From assembly GCF_000039765.1 (NCBI RefSeq), contig NC_004460.2, positions 960,001-992,000 on the forward strand: DNA of 32,000 bases. The letters run 5' to 3'. This document shows, piece by piece, positions 9,559 through 18,346 of the stretch. The position numbers and the translations under genes are program-made. Every line of letters begins with the position of its first letter. Positions within the stretch are counted from its first letter, which is position 1. The notes under the pieces were generated by a model that was not told the origin of the DNA, did not search any database, and saw only the letters and a program-made list of their open reading frames with translations. The stretch is from Vibrio vulnificus CMCP6 (lineage in GTDB: Bacteria > Pseudomonadota > Gammaproteobacteria > Enterobacterales > Vibrionaceae).

Positions 9559-10344
9559 ATGCGCTATCTATTGTTCCTGTTTTGTATGTTGCTGAGCCCA
9601 TTCAGCTCACACGCTTCGCCCGCCACGACAATAACGCTGGCGTACTCAGACGTCGAATCCTTCCCCTTCCAAATGGGCAATGGCAACTTGGTTGCCGAGC
9701 CACCCGGAGTCTCCGTCGATGTCATCGAGCAAGCCGCCCGTCTGCTCAATATTAAAATCAACTATGTCAGGCTTCCTGGTAAAAGGGTTTTAAGCCAGAT
9801 CAAAGCGAACCAAGTGGATGGCGGATTTATTTTTTCTTACAGTCAGGAGCGAGCTCAATACGCGCGCTATCCGATGAAAGATCAACAAGCCGATCACACC
9901 TTGCGCATCGCCACACTAGACTATTATTTTTACAAGCTAAAAGAGCAACCGTTCGCATGGGACGGCGTGCAACTGAGCTCTATTGGAGGCGTCCCCGTAG
10001 GGGCTCATACTGGCTTTTCCATTACAAAGAAACTGAAGGAGAGTGACGTCAACACCATCGAGATCGGCAGCACGGAAAAGCTATTCGAGATGCTCGGCAA
10101 ACGACGCTTAACCGCCATTGCTATTCAGAGCAACATTGCCACCAGTTACATTAATGAACACCACCTTTCCAGCGTCGAACGCGTTTCCCCACCGATATCG
10201 ACCAAGGATTACTACCTTATTTTCAGCCATGAGTTTGCCGAAGCGAATCCGCAATTAGTGCAAAACATTTGGGAAATGATAGGCCTTATTCGGGATGACG
10301 TGATCGACACCAGCATCAAGAAATACTTAACAGGTACTGAGTAA
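9559..10344 (+). CDS. periplasmic solute-binding protein (family-3 / amino-acid-type SBP fold)
   Basis: 261 aa. Signal peptide MRYLLFLFCMLLSPFSSHA. The length and pattern (ITLAYSDVESFPF..., RLPGKRVL..., VDGGFIFS) are typical of orphan SBP_bac_3 proteins. Confidence 0.7.
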   Translation: MRYLLFLFCMLLSPFSSHASPATTITLAYSDVESFPFQMGNGNLVAEPPGVSVDVIEQAARLLNIKINYVRLPGKRVLSQIKANQVDGGFIFSYSQERAQYARYPMKDQQADHTLRIATLDYYFYKLKEQPFAWDGVQLSSIGGVPVGAHTGFSITKKLKESDVNTIEIGSTEKLFEMLGKRRLTAIAIQSNIATSYINEHHLSSVERVSPPISTKDYYLIFSHEFAEANPQLVQNIWEMIGLIRDDVIDTSIKKYLTGTE

Positions 10345-10410
10345 ATGTCTCTCCTTGCGCGAATGACAAAGAGAGACAGGCCAGATAAGCGATGAGAAAT
10401 TGGCGGCGGT

Positions 10411-10794
10411 TTACTCGTCATCCTCCTCCAGTTGTTTTAGCTCTTTTTCGATATTCTCTTCTTCCATTTCAAGCTTTTCGCGCTGATCTTTTAACGCTTG
10501 CTTTTTCTCTTTGAGCGCTTGTTTACGCGCTTCTTTCTCCTGCTTATTCATCTCCTTCATCGCTTTTTGTTCTTCTTTTTTGCCTTTTTCTTTGGCGGCT
10601 TTTTTCTGCTCTTTTTCCAGTTTTTTCAAACACTCTTTGTCTTTCTTGTCACAGTGTTTTTGCATCATTTCTTCGGTATGTTGCTCCACCGCTTCCTTGC
10701 TGGGTTTGCCTTCCCCTGCCCAGTTCGGTTTTTCAGCCAACGCCAGTGGTGAAGTTGCCAGCCCGATAACCAGAGTGATCAATAACGCTTTCAT
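10411..10794 (-). CDS. secreted Lys/Glu-rich coiled-coil protein, function unknown
   Basis: ATG at 10794 with RBS AAGGAAG. Signal peptide MKALLITLVIGLATSPLALA, then about 100 aa that are mostly K/E/Q and end in EEDDE. The track start at 10914 adds an implausible hydrophobic leader. Confidence 0.65.
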   Translation of the reverse strand: MKALLITLVIGLATSPLALAEKPNWAGEGKPSKEAVEQHTEEMMQKHCDKKDKECLKKLEKEQKKAAKEKGKKEEQKAMKEMNKQEKEARKQALKEKKQALKDQREKLEMEEENIEKELKQLEEDDE

Positions 10795-10892
10795 AGTGAG
10801 TACTTCCTTTGTGGATACATTGATGAAAGCGTAGAAGAGGCCAAGTAGAAATGACAGGTTCAAGATTGAAATCTGTGGCACAAACTCACAGC

Positions 10893-10936
10893 CAAACAAA
10901 AACCCCGTGGTCATGCGATACCACGGGGTTTTTATT
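10893..10936 (-). terminator. rho-independent (structurally bidirectional) terminator after the M20 peptidase gene
   Basis: An 11-bp GC-rich stem aaccccgtggt / accacggggtt (10901..10930), flanked by an A-run upstream and a T-run downstream. Confidence 0.8.
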
Positions 10937-10962
10937 TAATGCCTTATTAAACAGTTAAACGT

Positions 10963-12087
10963 TTAAGCTGCCAGCTTTTCAAGCACACGCATCAGCATAC
11001 GGATACGAGGTTCGATCGAGGCCAGCACTAGATACTCTTGATCGCTGTGGAAACCCGCGCCGATTGGGCCCAAACCATCAAGGGTAGGCACACCTAAAAT
11101 CGCCGTGTTGTTCGCATCAGAGCCACCACCCACCGCGTGCCAATTCAGATCAATCGACAGCTCTTGCGCTGCGCTTTCCACCAACTTCATCAGGCCTTCG
11201 GTCTGCTCGCTTGGCACCATAGACGGTTTGTACGCCTCACGTTCGATGGTCACACTTACGCCGTCCACAAATGGCGTTTGCGCCATGGCGTTGAGTTGGG
11301 TGTCTACGTCATCGTATTCTGCGTTGTTCCAGAAACGCACGTCCACCACCGCTTGCGCATGTTCCGGCACAATGTTGGCACCCGCACCACCAGACACCAC
11401 ACCCACGTTTAAGGTGGTGCCCGATTCAAAGTTGGTCATCGCATTGATTGCCATGATCCACTGCGCCATTTCGGTGATCGCGCTGCGGCCTTTTTCAGGA
11501 TCGTTACCCGCGTGCGCCGCAATGCCTTTGAAGTTGATCTTGTAACCTGCCATGCCTTTACGCGCTTTCACTAAGCCGCCATCGGCACGAGCGGCTTCGG
11601 CCACCAGCACGTTTTTGGCCAGTTTGGCGACCGATTGAATCCATTCAACCGAATCGCCAGAGCCTGTTTCTTCGTCTGGATTCATGCAGATGCAGATAGA
11701 AAGCTTGTCCAGCACTGCTTGGTCCAAATTGCGCATCGCGTATACGATGTTGAGCAAGCCAGATTTCATGTCTGACACGCCTGGGCCGTACGCTTTCTCA
11801 GCGTCTAGCGACATCGGGCGCGCTGCTGCCGTACCGACAGGGAACACGGTATCCATGTGACCAATCATCATCACATCGATGTGCGCAGCATCCGGTTGGT
11901 TGCTAATTTCAAGACCCACACCCGCTTTACCGCAATCGACACGCTTGACCTGCCAGCCGTTCATCGCTTGAAACTTTTGCTCAAACTGGCTGGCAATATA
12001 TTCGATGCCTTCTAGCGTGTAGGTACCGCAATCAACGTTGATCAGCGGCTTTAGTTCTTCCAGATAATGCTCGAGAGAAAATTGCAT
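10963..12087 (-). CDS. M20-family metallopeptidase (carboxypeptidase G2/glutamate carboxypeptidase-like)
   Basis: 374 aa. Metal-binding motifs GHMDTV, GPGVSDMKSG and NPDEETGS, plus a dimerisation-domain insert. Confidence 0.85.
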   Translation of the reverse strand: MQFSLEHYLEELKPLINVDCGTYTLEGIEYIASQFEQKFQAMNGWQVKRVDCGKAGVGLEISNQPDAAHIDVMMIGHMDTVFPVGTAAARPMSLDAEKAYGPGVSDMKSGLLNIVYAMRNLDQAVLDKLSICICMNPDEETGSGDSVEWIQSVAKLAKNVLVAEAARADGGLVKARKGMAGYKINFKGIAAHAGNDPEKGRSAITEMAQWIMAINAMTNFESGTTLNVGVVSGGAGANIVPEHAQAVVDVRFWNNAEYDDVDTQLNAMAQTPFVDGVSVTIEREAYKPSMVPSEQTEGLMKLVESAAQELSIDLNWHAVGGGSDANNTAILGVPTLDGLGPIGAGFHSDQEYLVLASIEPRIRMLMRVLEKLAA

Positions 12088-12099
12088 ATCTTACTGCTC

Positions 12100-12567
12100 C
12101 TAGACAAACAGGTTCATCACCAGCATGGCGCCAAAGGCGTTCAATACTGAAATTGCGATCATCACTGGAATGTAGCGGCCTTCGGTGCCGATAGGACCCA
12201 AGATACGGCCAACATACTGCACTTGTGAGCCCATTAGGTAGATCGCTGGTGCCAAAATCGCAATGTGAGTGCCGTTAAGGATGCCTTGGTCAAACAAGCT
12301 GATCACCACACCCACTGCACCACCCATCGACATCCACGCGCCGATCAATACTGCTGCGGCTTCACCCGGCAAACCAAACACCGCCATCACAGGTGAAAAT
12401 ACGCTGCCCATCAAATCAAGTGTGCCCGTGATTTGCAGTGCTTTGATGATCACAAACGCCATCAGAACGTTAGGAACGGTCGAGGTGGTGGCAATAACCC
12501 AGCCTTTTTTCGCGCCTTCAACAAAAATGTCGGTCACAATCGGCTTCTTTGCTTTTACTTCACTCAT
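12100..12567 (-). CDS. YjiG-family membrane protein (nucleoside-recognition/SpmB-like)
   Basis: 155 aa polytopic membrane protein. It overlaps the upstream yjiH-like gene by 4 nt and shows the yjiH-yjiG-peptidase gene order known from E. coli (iadA-yjiG-yjiH). Confidence 0.75.
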   Translation of the reverse strand: MSEVKAKKPIVTDIFVEGAKKGWVIATTSTVPNVLMAFVIIKALQITGTLDLMGSVFSPVMAVFGLPGEAAAVLIGAWMSMGGAVGVVISLFDQGILNGTHIAILAPAIYLMGSQVQYVGRILGPIGTEGRYIPVMIAISVLNAFGAMLVMNLFV

Positions 12568-13313
12568 TTTGCTGCCTCTTCTTTTAGCGTTTGTGGTTTG
12601 TCTTGATCCGCGTTGTCTTGTTTGTCTTCTTTACCTTCCGTTAGGTTTAGGTAGATGCGGAACAAGTTCGCGCCGACGATTTTGAAGACGAACATCACGG
12701 CAACTGCGAGGCCGATAGACGACGTTACCGCTGGTGAACCATCCGCCATGGTGAGGGTGAAAAGCACCGCGCCAGAAGAGAAGAAGTTAACGATGGTAGC
12801 ACCGGCAGTGAACTGGAACATGGTGAACACGTCCGTTTCGCGCTTGGTCAGGTGGCCTTCGTCTTTCAATTGACGCGTCATCGCCGCACCCGCATCGGTA
12901 CTTTGCAGCGAGGCAATCAATGCAAGACCCGTGTTACCTGGGATGTTCATCAGTGGGCGTAGTAGTGGCGTCAGCAACTTGCGTGCTGCATCCAATGCGC
13001 CGTAGTGCTCAAGCACGTTGATCATCCCCAAAGCGAACATCACCGTTGGAATTAAGGTCAATGCGAAGATGAAACCATCACGCGCACCGCTACCGCCCGT
13101 ACCACGGAAAGAGGTGGTCATGGCTTGTACGCCATCGGCCGTTTCGTTCACGCCGTACGCTACTTTACCGAACGCACCGTTTAGCGTCGTAAAGTCAAAA
13201 ACGCCATACCACTGATTCGATTGCAGTAGGCCCGAGAAGAACACAACGGCAAACGCGAGAGCAATGTAGCTCCCAATCGTTACCTTGCGTTCTGTTTGAA
13301 CAGGAGTTGTCAT
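12564..13313 (-). CDS. YjiH-family membrane protein (nucleoside-recognition/SpmA-like)
   Basis: 249 aa polytopic membrane protein, first gene of the apparent three-gene operon. Confidence 0.75.
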   Translation of the reverse strand: MTTPVQTERKVTIGSYIALAFAVVFFSGLLQSNQWYGVFDFTTLNGAFGKVAYGVNETADGVQAMTTSFRGTGGSGARDGFIFALTLIPTVMFALGMINVLEHYGALDAARKLLTPLLRPLMNIPGNTGLALIASLQSTDAGAAMTRQLKDEGHLTKRETDVFTMFQFTAGATIVNFFSSGAVLFTLTMADGSPAVTSSIGLAVAVMFVFKIVGANLFRIYLNLTEGKEDKQDNADQDKPQTLKEEAAK

Positions 13314-13722
13314 AAATTCACCTATGGTTGTGGAACTGAACGCATAGGATCTTGAACGTAGAAGATGGGTTACATACTGATCAGGGTCAACCCCCGCGCC
13401 AAACGATTAAATAAGCCACTATTGAAATATTATTTTTTGATAACCATCACAATTAACATATTATATTAATTAATAACACAAATTAGGTTTTTTTAATCCA
13501 TTCACAACCAAGCAAATTGGAAACCAAATCCCTCACATTTCATAACAGTGTGCTAGCAATTTTTATGGCTCTTTTGCGGCAAACGTCGCTTTTCTTTCGC
13601 GAGATAAAAGAGATTTGCGGCGATCATCGAACTTTCACCGTTTAAACGACCCTTTTGCCATTGCTCAAACGCCGTCTTTCTCTCCTATACTCAAACGGAA
13701 TTTATCCATCAAGGAGATAAAC

Positions 13723-14112
13723 ATGTACGGATTTAGCACTCAGTTTGCTGGCAGCTATGAACAAGCGATCGAAAAAGTAACGCAAGAACTCGCCAAAGAA
13801 GGCTTTGGTATTTTGACCGAAATTGACGTCAAAGCGACCTTAAAGAAAAAGATCGATGTGGATAGAAAACCTTATGTGATTCTCGGCGCTTGCAACCCTC
13901 ACTTGGCCAATCAAGCCATCACCGCCGAGCCAGACATTGGCTTATTGCTGCCGTGCAATGTGGTGGTGCGAGTGGAAGAAGATGACAGCGTGACGGTGGC
14001 GTTTATGGATCCGTCTGCGGTGCTCAGCATGGTGGATCAGCCCGGTATCGAAGGGCTAGCAGGGCAAGTGAAAGAGAAACTGATGCGCGTTTGCGATGGG
14101 CTAAAACAGTGA
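13723..14112 (+). CDS. DUF302-domain protein
   Basis: ATG at 13723 preceded by AAGGAGA. MYGFSTQFAGSYEQAIEKVTQELAKEGFGILTEIDVKATLKKK...YVILGACNP...LLPCNVVV is the characteristic DUF302 pattern. The track start at 13615 is an unlikely extension. Confidence 0.8.
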   Translation: MYGFSTQFAGSYEQAIEKVTQELAKEGFGILTEIDVKATLKKKIDVDRKPYVILGACNPHLANQAITAEPDIGLLLPCNVVVRVEEDDSVTVAFMDPSAVLSMVDQPGIEGLAGQVKEKLMRVCDGLKQ

Positions 14113-14166
14113 TTCGACACTCACGCCTCTAACTCTGTATTGCTCAACCAGCACATCTCGCTTAAT

Positions 14167-14192
14167 GTTCGCCACCACTCTGGGTGGCGAAC
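14167..14192. terminator. GC-rich hairpin between convergent genes (possible bidirectional terminator)
   Basis: A 10-bp stem gttcgccacc / ggtggcgaac with a 6-nt loop. Confidence is low because there is no clear U-tract on either strand. Confidence 0.35.
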
Positions 14193-14217
14193 ATTGAGGA
14201 CAAGGTACTTCTCGTCG

Positions 14218-16281
14218 CTATTGCACGGCGTGACCAACAAACGCCACAACCACTTTGTCATCCCCTAAGGTGCGGGAGAAAACGTACGCGCCAGTTTGTT
14301 CAATCTCCTGATGCACACCAGCGCCAATCGCGGGATGCGCCCGGCGGAACTGGCCCAGTTTCTGCCAATGATTGAGCAATGTTTGTTGCTCTGCGCTCAA
14401 TTGCCATACCATGTCCGAGCGAGTGCCTTGATGGAAATCATCCGCGTATGGGCCAATATTGCGCCCTACTTCATCACCATAGTAAATCTGCACCGCACCA
14501 GGGCTGAGCAGCAATGCGTTCGCGGCGTTGCGCTGCACGGCATAGTCTTTAAATCGGCTAAAGAACAGCTCAGTATCGTGCGAGGACATGTAGCTCACTG
14601 GATTAAAATCACTCTGCTGCGCGATGGTGTTGGCGTAATCGCGATAGGTATCGGCCATTTGGCTAAAACAGGCTGCGCCTTTATCGAGTTTCTTCTGCAT
14701 ATCGAAGTTGATCAGCGCATCAAAACCGTCGTCAAAATAAGGGCTGCGGTAGGCTGAGTGGCCCCACACTTCCCCCATCATCCAAAATGGCGCACCCGAT
14801 TGGCCATTGGCTTTGCGCCACGCATCGAGGCTTTTCGTCGCTTCTTGTTTCAGGCGCTTCCACACTTCGCCTTCAACGTGTTTGACCGTATCTACCCGAT
14901 AGCCGTCAATACCAAAGCGTTTCACCCAATCGGTTTGCCACTCAATCAAATAGTCGCTGACGGTGTAGTTGTCACGCGCCACCACGCGCGTACCGGGGTT
15001 CTCTAGCAGCCACTGTGGTGGCGTCACCGCTTGGGTCGACTCGGTGCGAAAATCAGGCAACCCAGCGAGAGACAAAGTAATGTCGCTGCTGCCCGGTTGT
15101 TGGTAACCCGGAAGCCCAGTTCGCACCCAATCTGCCCCCCACCACTGTGACCAGTTTTGGCTTTGATAGTCGATCGCAGAGTGGTAGCTATGCCAGTTTT
15201 CACCCGATGTTGGCTGCCAGTTGGCCCATTTTTCTGGCAAGTTCGCTTCTTTTGTCGTCACTTGCATGCCATCAAATTGCAGATCCGCCAGTGTTGAATA
15301 CCCGGAATGGTTGATCACCGCATCGAGCAGGACTTTGATGCCGCGTTTATGCGCCTCTTCCACCAGAGTTTTCAAATCTTCATCGCGGCCAAAGTTCTCA
15401 TCGATCTTGGTAAAATCACGCGTCCAATAGCCGTGATAGGCATAAAATGGGAAAGAGCCGCTGTCGCCACCACCAACAAAACCGTGCACTTGCTCCACAA
15501 TCGGCGACAACCAAATCGCATCAGTGCCGAGACGTTGAATGTAGTCGAGCTTTTCAATCACCCCTTTAAGATCGCCCCCGTGGAAGGTGCCGATTTCCTC
15601 TTTACCATCCTTCTGACGACCATAACTTTGGTCATTGCTGGTGTCGCCATTGTTAAAGCGATCCACCATCACGAAGTAAATATTGGCGTTGCGGTAATCG
15701 AAAGGGCGCGCTTTTTTGTTTTGTTTAACCGGTTCCAGCAGCACCAAACCGCCAGATTGCGCTGATGGCGTTAAGCTCACTTTGCCTTTTTTCACGCTCA
15801 CCACTTGGCCGCTGTAGGCGTCACGCAGTGAGGTGCCGTCTTTGAAACTGTCGCCCAGTTCAATCGTCACTTCACCGCCTTGGTAAACTTCACAAGTCAC
15901 CTGCGGCAATGGGCGTTTGAATTCGGTTTTAGCGACCTTTTTCGGCTCACGTTTGAATGTCAGCGTGTTGGCGTTCGCGTCTAGTTCAAAGCTGTAGTCA
16001 CCCGTAAAGCGGATTTTAAGCGGAAGTTCGGTCACTTTGCCACAATTCAGCGCAATGGGTTGATTGAACTTAATCACCTGCGCATCTGGCGCTTGGCAAT
16101 CACCTTCCAGCCCAGTGATTTTCAGTTGATAGCTCTCTTTGACCAGCGGCACCACTAATGGCTGCTCGGCACTGAGCGGAAAATCTCGGCTGTTGGTGGT
16201 GGTTGAAATGGTTAAATTCGGCTCGGCAATCGCCGCTGTCGAGCTGAGAAGCAGAGTTAGGGTTATGGCGTTCAGTTTCAT
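14218..16281 (-). CDS. malS: periplasmic alpha-amylase, GH13 (MalS-like)
   Basis: 687 aa with signal peptide MKLNAITLTLLLSSTAAIA. GH13 regions DAVINHSGY, GYRVDTVKHVE, MMGEVWGH and YMSSHD. There is long colinear similarity to E. coli MalS as I recall it (FDYRNANIYFVMVDRFNNGDTSNDQSYGRQKDG..IGTFHGGDL). Confidence 0.9.
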   Translation of the reverse strand: MKLNAITLTLLLSSTAAIAEPNLTISTTTNSRDFPLSAEQPLVVPLVKESYQLKITGLEGDCQAPDAQVIKFNQPIALNCGKVTELPLKIRFTGDYSFELDANANTLTFKREPKKVAKTEFKRPLPQVTCEVYQGGEVTIELGDSFKDGTSLRDAYSGQVVSVKKGKVSLTPSAQSGGLVLLEPVKQNKKARPFDYRNANIYFVMVDRFNNGDTSNDQSYGRQKDGKEEIGTFHGGDLKGVIEKLDYIQRLGTDAIWLSPIVEQVHGFVGGGDSGSFPFYAYHGYWTRDFTKIDENFGRDEDLKTLVEEAHKRGIKVLLDAVINHSGYSTLADLQFDGMQVTTKEANLPEKWANWQPTSGENWHSYHSAIDYQSQNWSQWWGADWVRTGLPGYQQPGSSDITLSLAGLPDFRTESTQAVTPPQWLLENPGTRVVARDNYTVSDYLIEWQTDWVKRFGIDGYRVDTVKHVEGEVWKRLKQEATKSLDAWRKANGQSGAPFWMMGEVWGHSAYRSPYFDDGFDALINFDMQKKLDKGAACFSQMADTYRDYANTIAQQSDFNPVSYMSSHDTELFFSRFKDYAVQRNAANALLLSPGAVQIYYGDEVGRNIGPYADDFHQGTRSDMVWQLSAEQQTLLNHWQKLGQFRRAHPAIGAGVHQEIEQTGAYVFSRTLGDDKVVVAFVGHAVQ

Positions 16282-16486
16282 CGTTCAGTCCGTTGTTCAC
16301 GCCTTCTCCTCTCAAGTCACCATCGATCCTCAGAACAATAGATGCTTAAAGCAATGGAGACTAAAAAGGTAGACGTTTGATCGTTTTTATCACGCTCAGA
16401 ATAAAACGACGGAATAACAAACACATCCTTCTCACCCCCTACGCCCTAAAACTTTGCCGAGGTCACAAATTCGCCGCTAGGGGCGT

Positions 16487-16514
16487 AGAAAAACGCCTGC
16501 AACCAGTGCAGGCG
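16487..16514 (-). terminator. rho-independent terminator of kdgK-eda
   Basis: Stem cgcctgca / tgcaggcg (16494..16514) with a 5-nt loop, followed on the minus strand by TTTTTCT (plus-strand agaaaaa at 16487..16493). Confidence 0.7.
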
Positions 16515-16528
16515 TGGCAAAGAAGAGC

Positions 16529-16572
16529 CAAATATCTTCGATTTCTAAAGCAAATATCTTCGATTTCTGAAG
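16529..16572. repeat. 22-bp tandem duplication (2 copies, 1 mismatch) in the eda 3' UTR
   Basis: caaatatcttcgatttctaaag (16529..16550) is followed directly by caaatatcttcgatttctgaag (16551..16572). Confidence 0.9.
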
Positions 16573-16600
16573 ACAGTGAAGGGAGCCAAATCAGGGGGAA

Positions 16601-17224
16601 TTAAGCGATAATGCCCGCAACTTCGCGTACTAGCTTCGCTAGATCGTCCCATTGCTCGTTATCAATCAAATCACCCGGAACCATCCAAGTGCCACCACAC
16701 GCCAACACAGCAGGGATAGCAAGATAATCTTTGACGTTGCTTGGGCTAACGCCGCCCGTAGGCATAAATTTCACTGGGTAAACCGCCGTTAGCGCTTTCA
16801 GCATGTTCACGCCACCCGAAGGCTCTGCAGGGAAGAACTTCAGGGTACGTAGACCCATTTCCATCGCTTGTTCAACCAAACTTGGGTTGTTCACTCCCGG
16901 AACAATGGTCACATTGCGCTGTTGGCAATATTTCACTGTGGTTGGGTTGAAACCTGGGCTGACGATGAAATCCACACCGGCCTCAATCGCTTCATCCACT
17001 TGCGCAGAAGTCAGTACCGTACCTGCGCCAATCAGCATTTCTGGGTACGCTTCGCGCATGTTTTTGATTGCCAAAGCCGCATCTGCAGTACGGAACGTCA
17101 CTTCAGCACAAGGCAAGCCATTTTCAATCAGCACTTGCGCCAATTTTACCGCTTTGTTGGCATCTTTGATGGCGATAACCGGAACCACTTTGATTTCAGC
17201 AAGCTGTTGATTTAAATCTTTCAT
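16601..17224 (-). CDS. eda: KDPG/KHG aldolase (2-dehydro-3-deoxy-phosphogluconate aldolase)
   Basis: 207 aa. Class-I aldolase motifs VVPVI, EVTFRT, GAGTV, SPG and KFFPAE..GG. Confidence 0.9.
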   Translation of the reverse strand: MKDLNQQLAEIKVVPVIAIKDANKAVKLAQVLIENGLPCAEVTFRTADAALAIKNMREAYPEMLIGAGTVLTSAQVDEAIEAGVDFIVSPGFNPTTVKYCQQRNVTIVPGVNNPSLVEQAMEMGLRTLKFFPAEPSGGVNMLKALTAVYPVKFMPTGGVSPSNVKDYLAIPAVLACGGTWMVPGDLIDNEQWDDLAKLVREVAGIIA

Positions 17225-17236
17225 TTGTTTGAATCC

Positions 17237-18166
17237 TTAAATAGTTGGCATCGCTTCGCGAGGAATAATTGCGCCACGATGTTGAATAACATGACCTGCA
17301 ACAGTGTGACCAGCAAAAGCAGCTTGCTGACAATCACCACCCAAAATACGCTTTGCAAGATAGCCAGCACTGAATGAATCTCCCGCGGCGGTGGTGTCGA
17401 CAACATGGTCAATTTTGAGTGGCGCAACCGCATGACGGCCCGCTTCTGTAACGACAAAACACTCATCCCCACCACGTTTGATGACGATTTCACTCACACC
17501 AAACCCCTTGGTGCGCTCAATCGCTTGATCTTCATGGGTATCGCCCCACAACAGCATCTCATCATCAAAGGTGAGAAATGCCATATCGGTGACTTGCAGA
17601 ATTTGCTGGTAGAACGCTTGTGCGTCCGCCACGTTGCTCCACAGCGCAGGGCGGAAGTTATTATCAAACGCGATTTTCACCCCATCACTGCGGCAAAGCG
17701 CGAGCAGTTTGATCAGCGCTTCACGGCAATCTTGCGACAGTATCGCCAAGCTGATACCACTGAGGTAAATCATTTGATGCTGACACAGCTCTTTCGCCAG
17801 CGTCAGGATGGCACGGTCACGCAGCCAGTATTTCGCCGCCGAATCGTTGCGCCAGTAGAAGAAGCTACGCTCACCATTGTCTGCCGTTTCGATGGCATAA
17901 ATGCCTGGCAATTTGTCTTGAGAAAGGTACACCATGTCCGTGTTAATACCTTCGTCTTGCCATGCGGCAAGCATTTCTCGGCTAAATGGATCCTGTCCTA
18001 ATCCCGTAACATAAGAGGTTGAAACACCGGATTGCTGGGTCAAACGGGAAAGGTAAACTGCGGTGTTGAGTGTATCCCCACCAAAACCTTGTTGTAGCTC
18101 GCCGTTGACCTTTTTCAGTTCAACCATGCATTCGCCAATAATGGCAACGCGATTGATGTGATTCAT
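17237..18166 (-). CDS. kdgK: 2-dehydro-3-deoxygluconokinase (PfkB family)
   Basis: ATG at 18166 with AAGGAG 8 nt upstream. MNHINRVAIIGECMVEL..., GGDTLNTAVYLSRL, and the C-terminal DTTAAGDSFSAGYL PfkB signature. The track ORF extending to 18223 is an upstream extension. Confidence 0.9.
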   Translation of the reverse strand: MNHINRVAIIGECMVELKKVNGELQQGFGGDTLNTAVYLSRLTQQSGVSTSYVTGLGQDPFSREMLAAWQDEGINTDMVYLSQDKLPGIYAIETADNGERSFFYWRNDSAAKYWLRDRAILTLAKELCQHQMIYLSGISLAILSQDCREALIKLLALCRSDGVKIAFDNNFRPALWSNVADAQAFYQQILQVTDMAFLTFDDEMLLWGDTHEDQAIERTKGFGVSEIVIKRGGDECFVVTEAGRHAVAPLKIDHVVDTTAAGDSFSAGYLAKRILGGDCQQAAFAGHTVAGHVIQHRGAIIPREAMPTI

Positions 18167-18221
18167 AGGATGTCTCCTTAACGTAATTGCTGCTATTATT
18201 ACAGCAACAAAACCATGAGAC

Positions 18222-18250
18222 AATATTTTTAAAACAATGGTTCAATTATT
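18222..18250. promoter_or_regulatory. candidate KdgR box upstream of kdgK
   Basis: aatatttttaaaacaatggttcaattatt shares its left half (aatattttt.aaa) with the perfect palindrome at 27713..27743. It is a degenerate dyad. Confidence 0.3.
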
Positions 18251-18346
18251 CGTGAGCAAGATCCAACTCTGCAGTTTTGGCAGGTTCGAGTTCTACCGCT
18301 CTCTGATAGCATCACGCCACTGACCTTATTCACCACACTCGCCACA

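Noticed and set aside
10498-10834. Phe/Leu-rich plus-strand ORFs (84 and 107 aa)
   Set aside because: They are the mirror image of the Lys/Glu-rich gene on the minus strand (AAG/GAA read as CTT/TTC). This is a low-complexity artefact.
16377-16604. 75-aa plus-strand ORF downstream of eda
   Set aside because: It covers the eda terminator hairpin and the 22-bp tandem duplication, and it has no RBS. The region is better explained as a 3' UTR.
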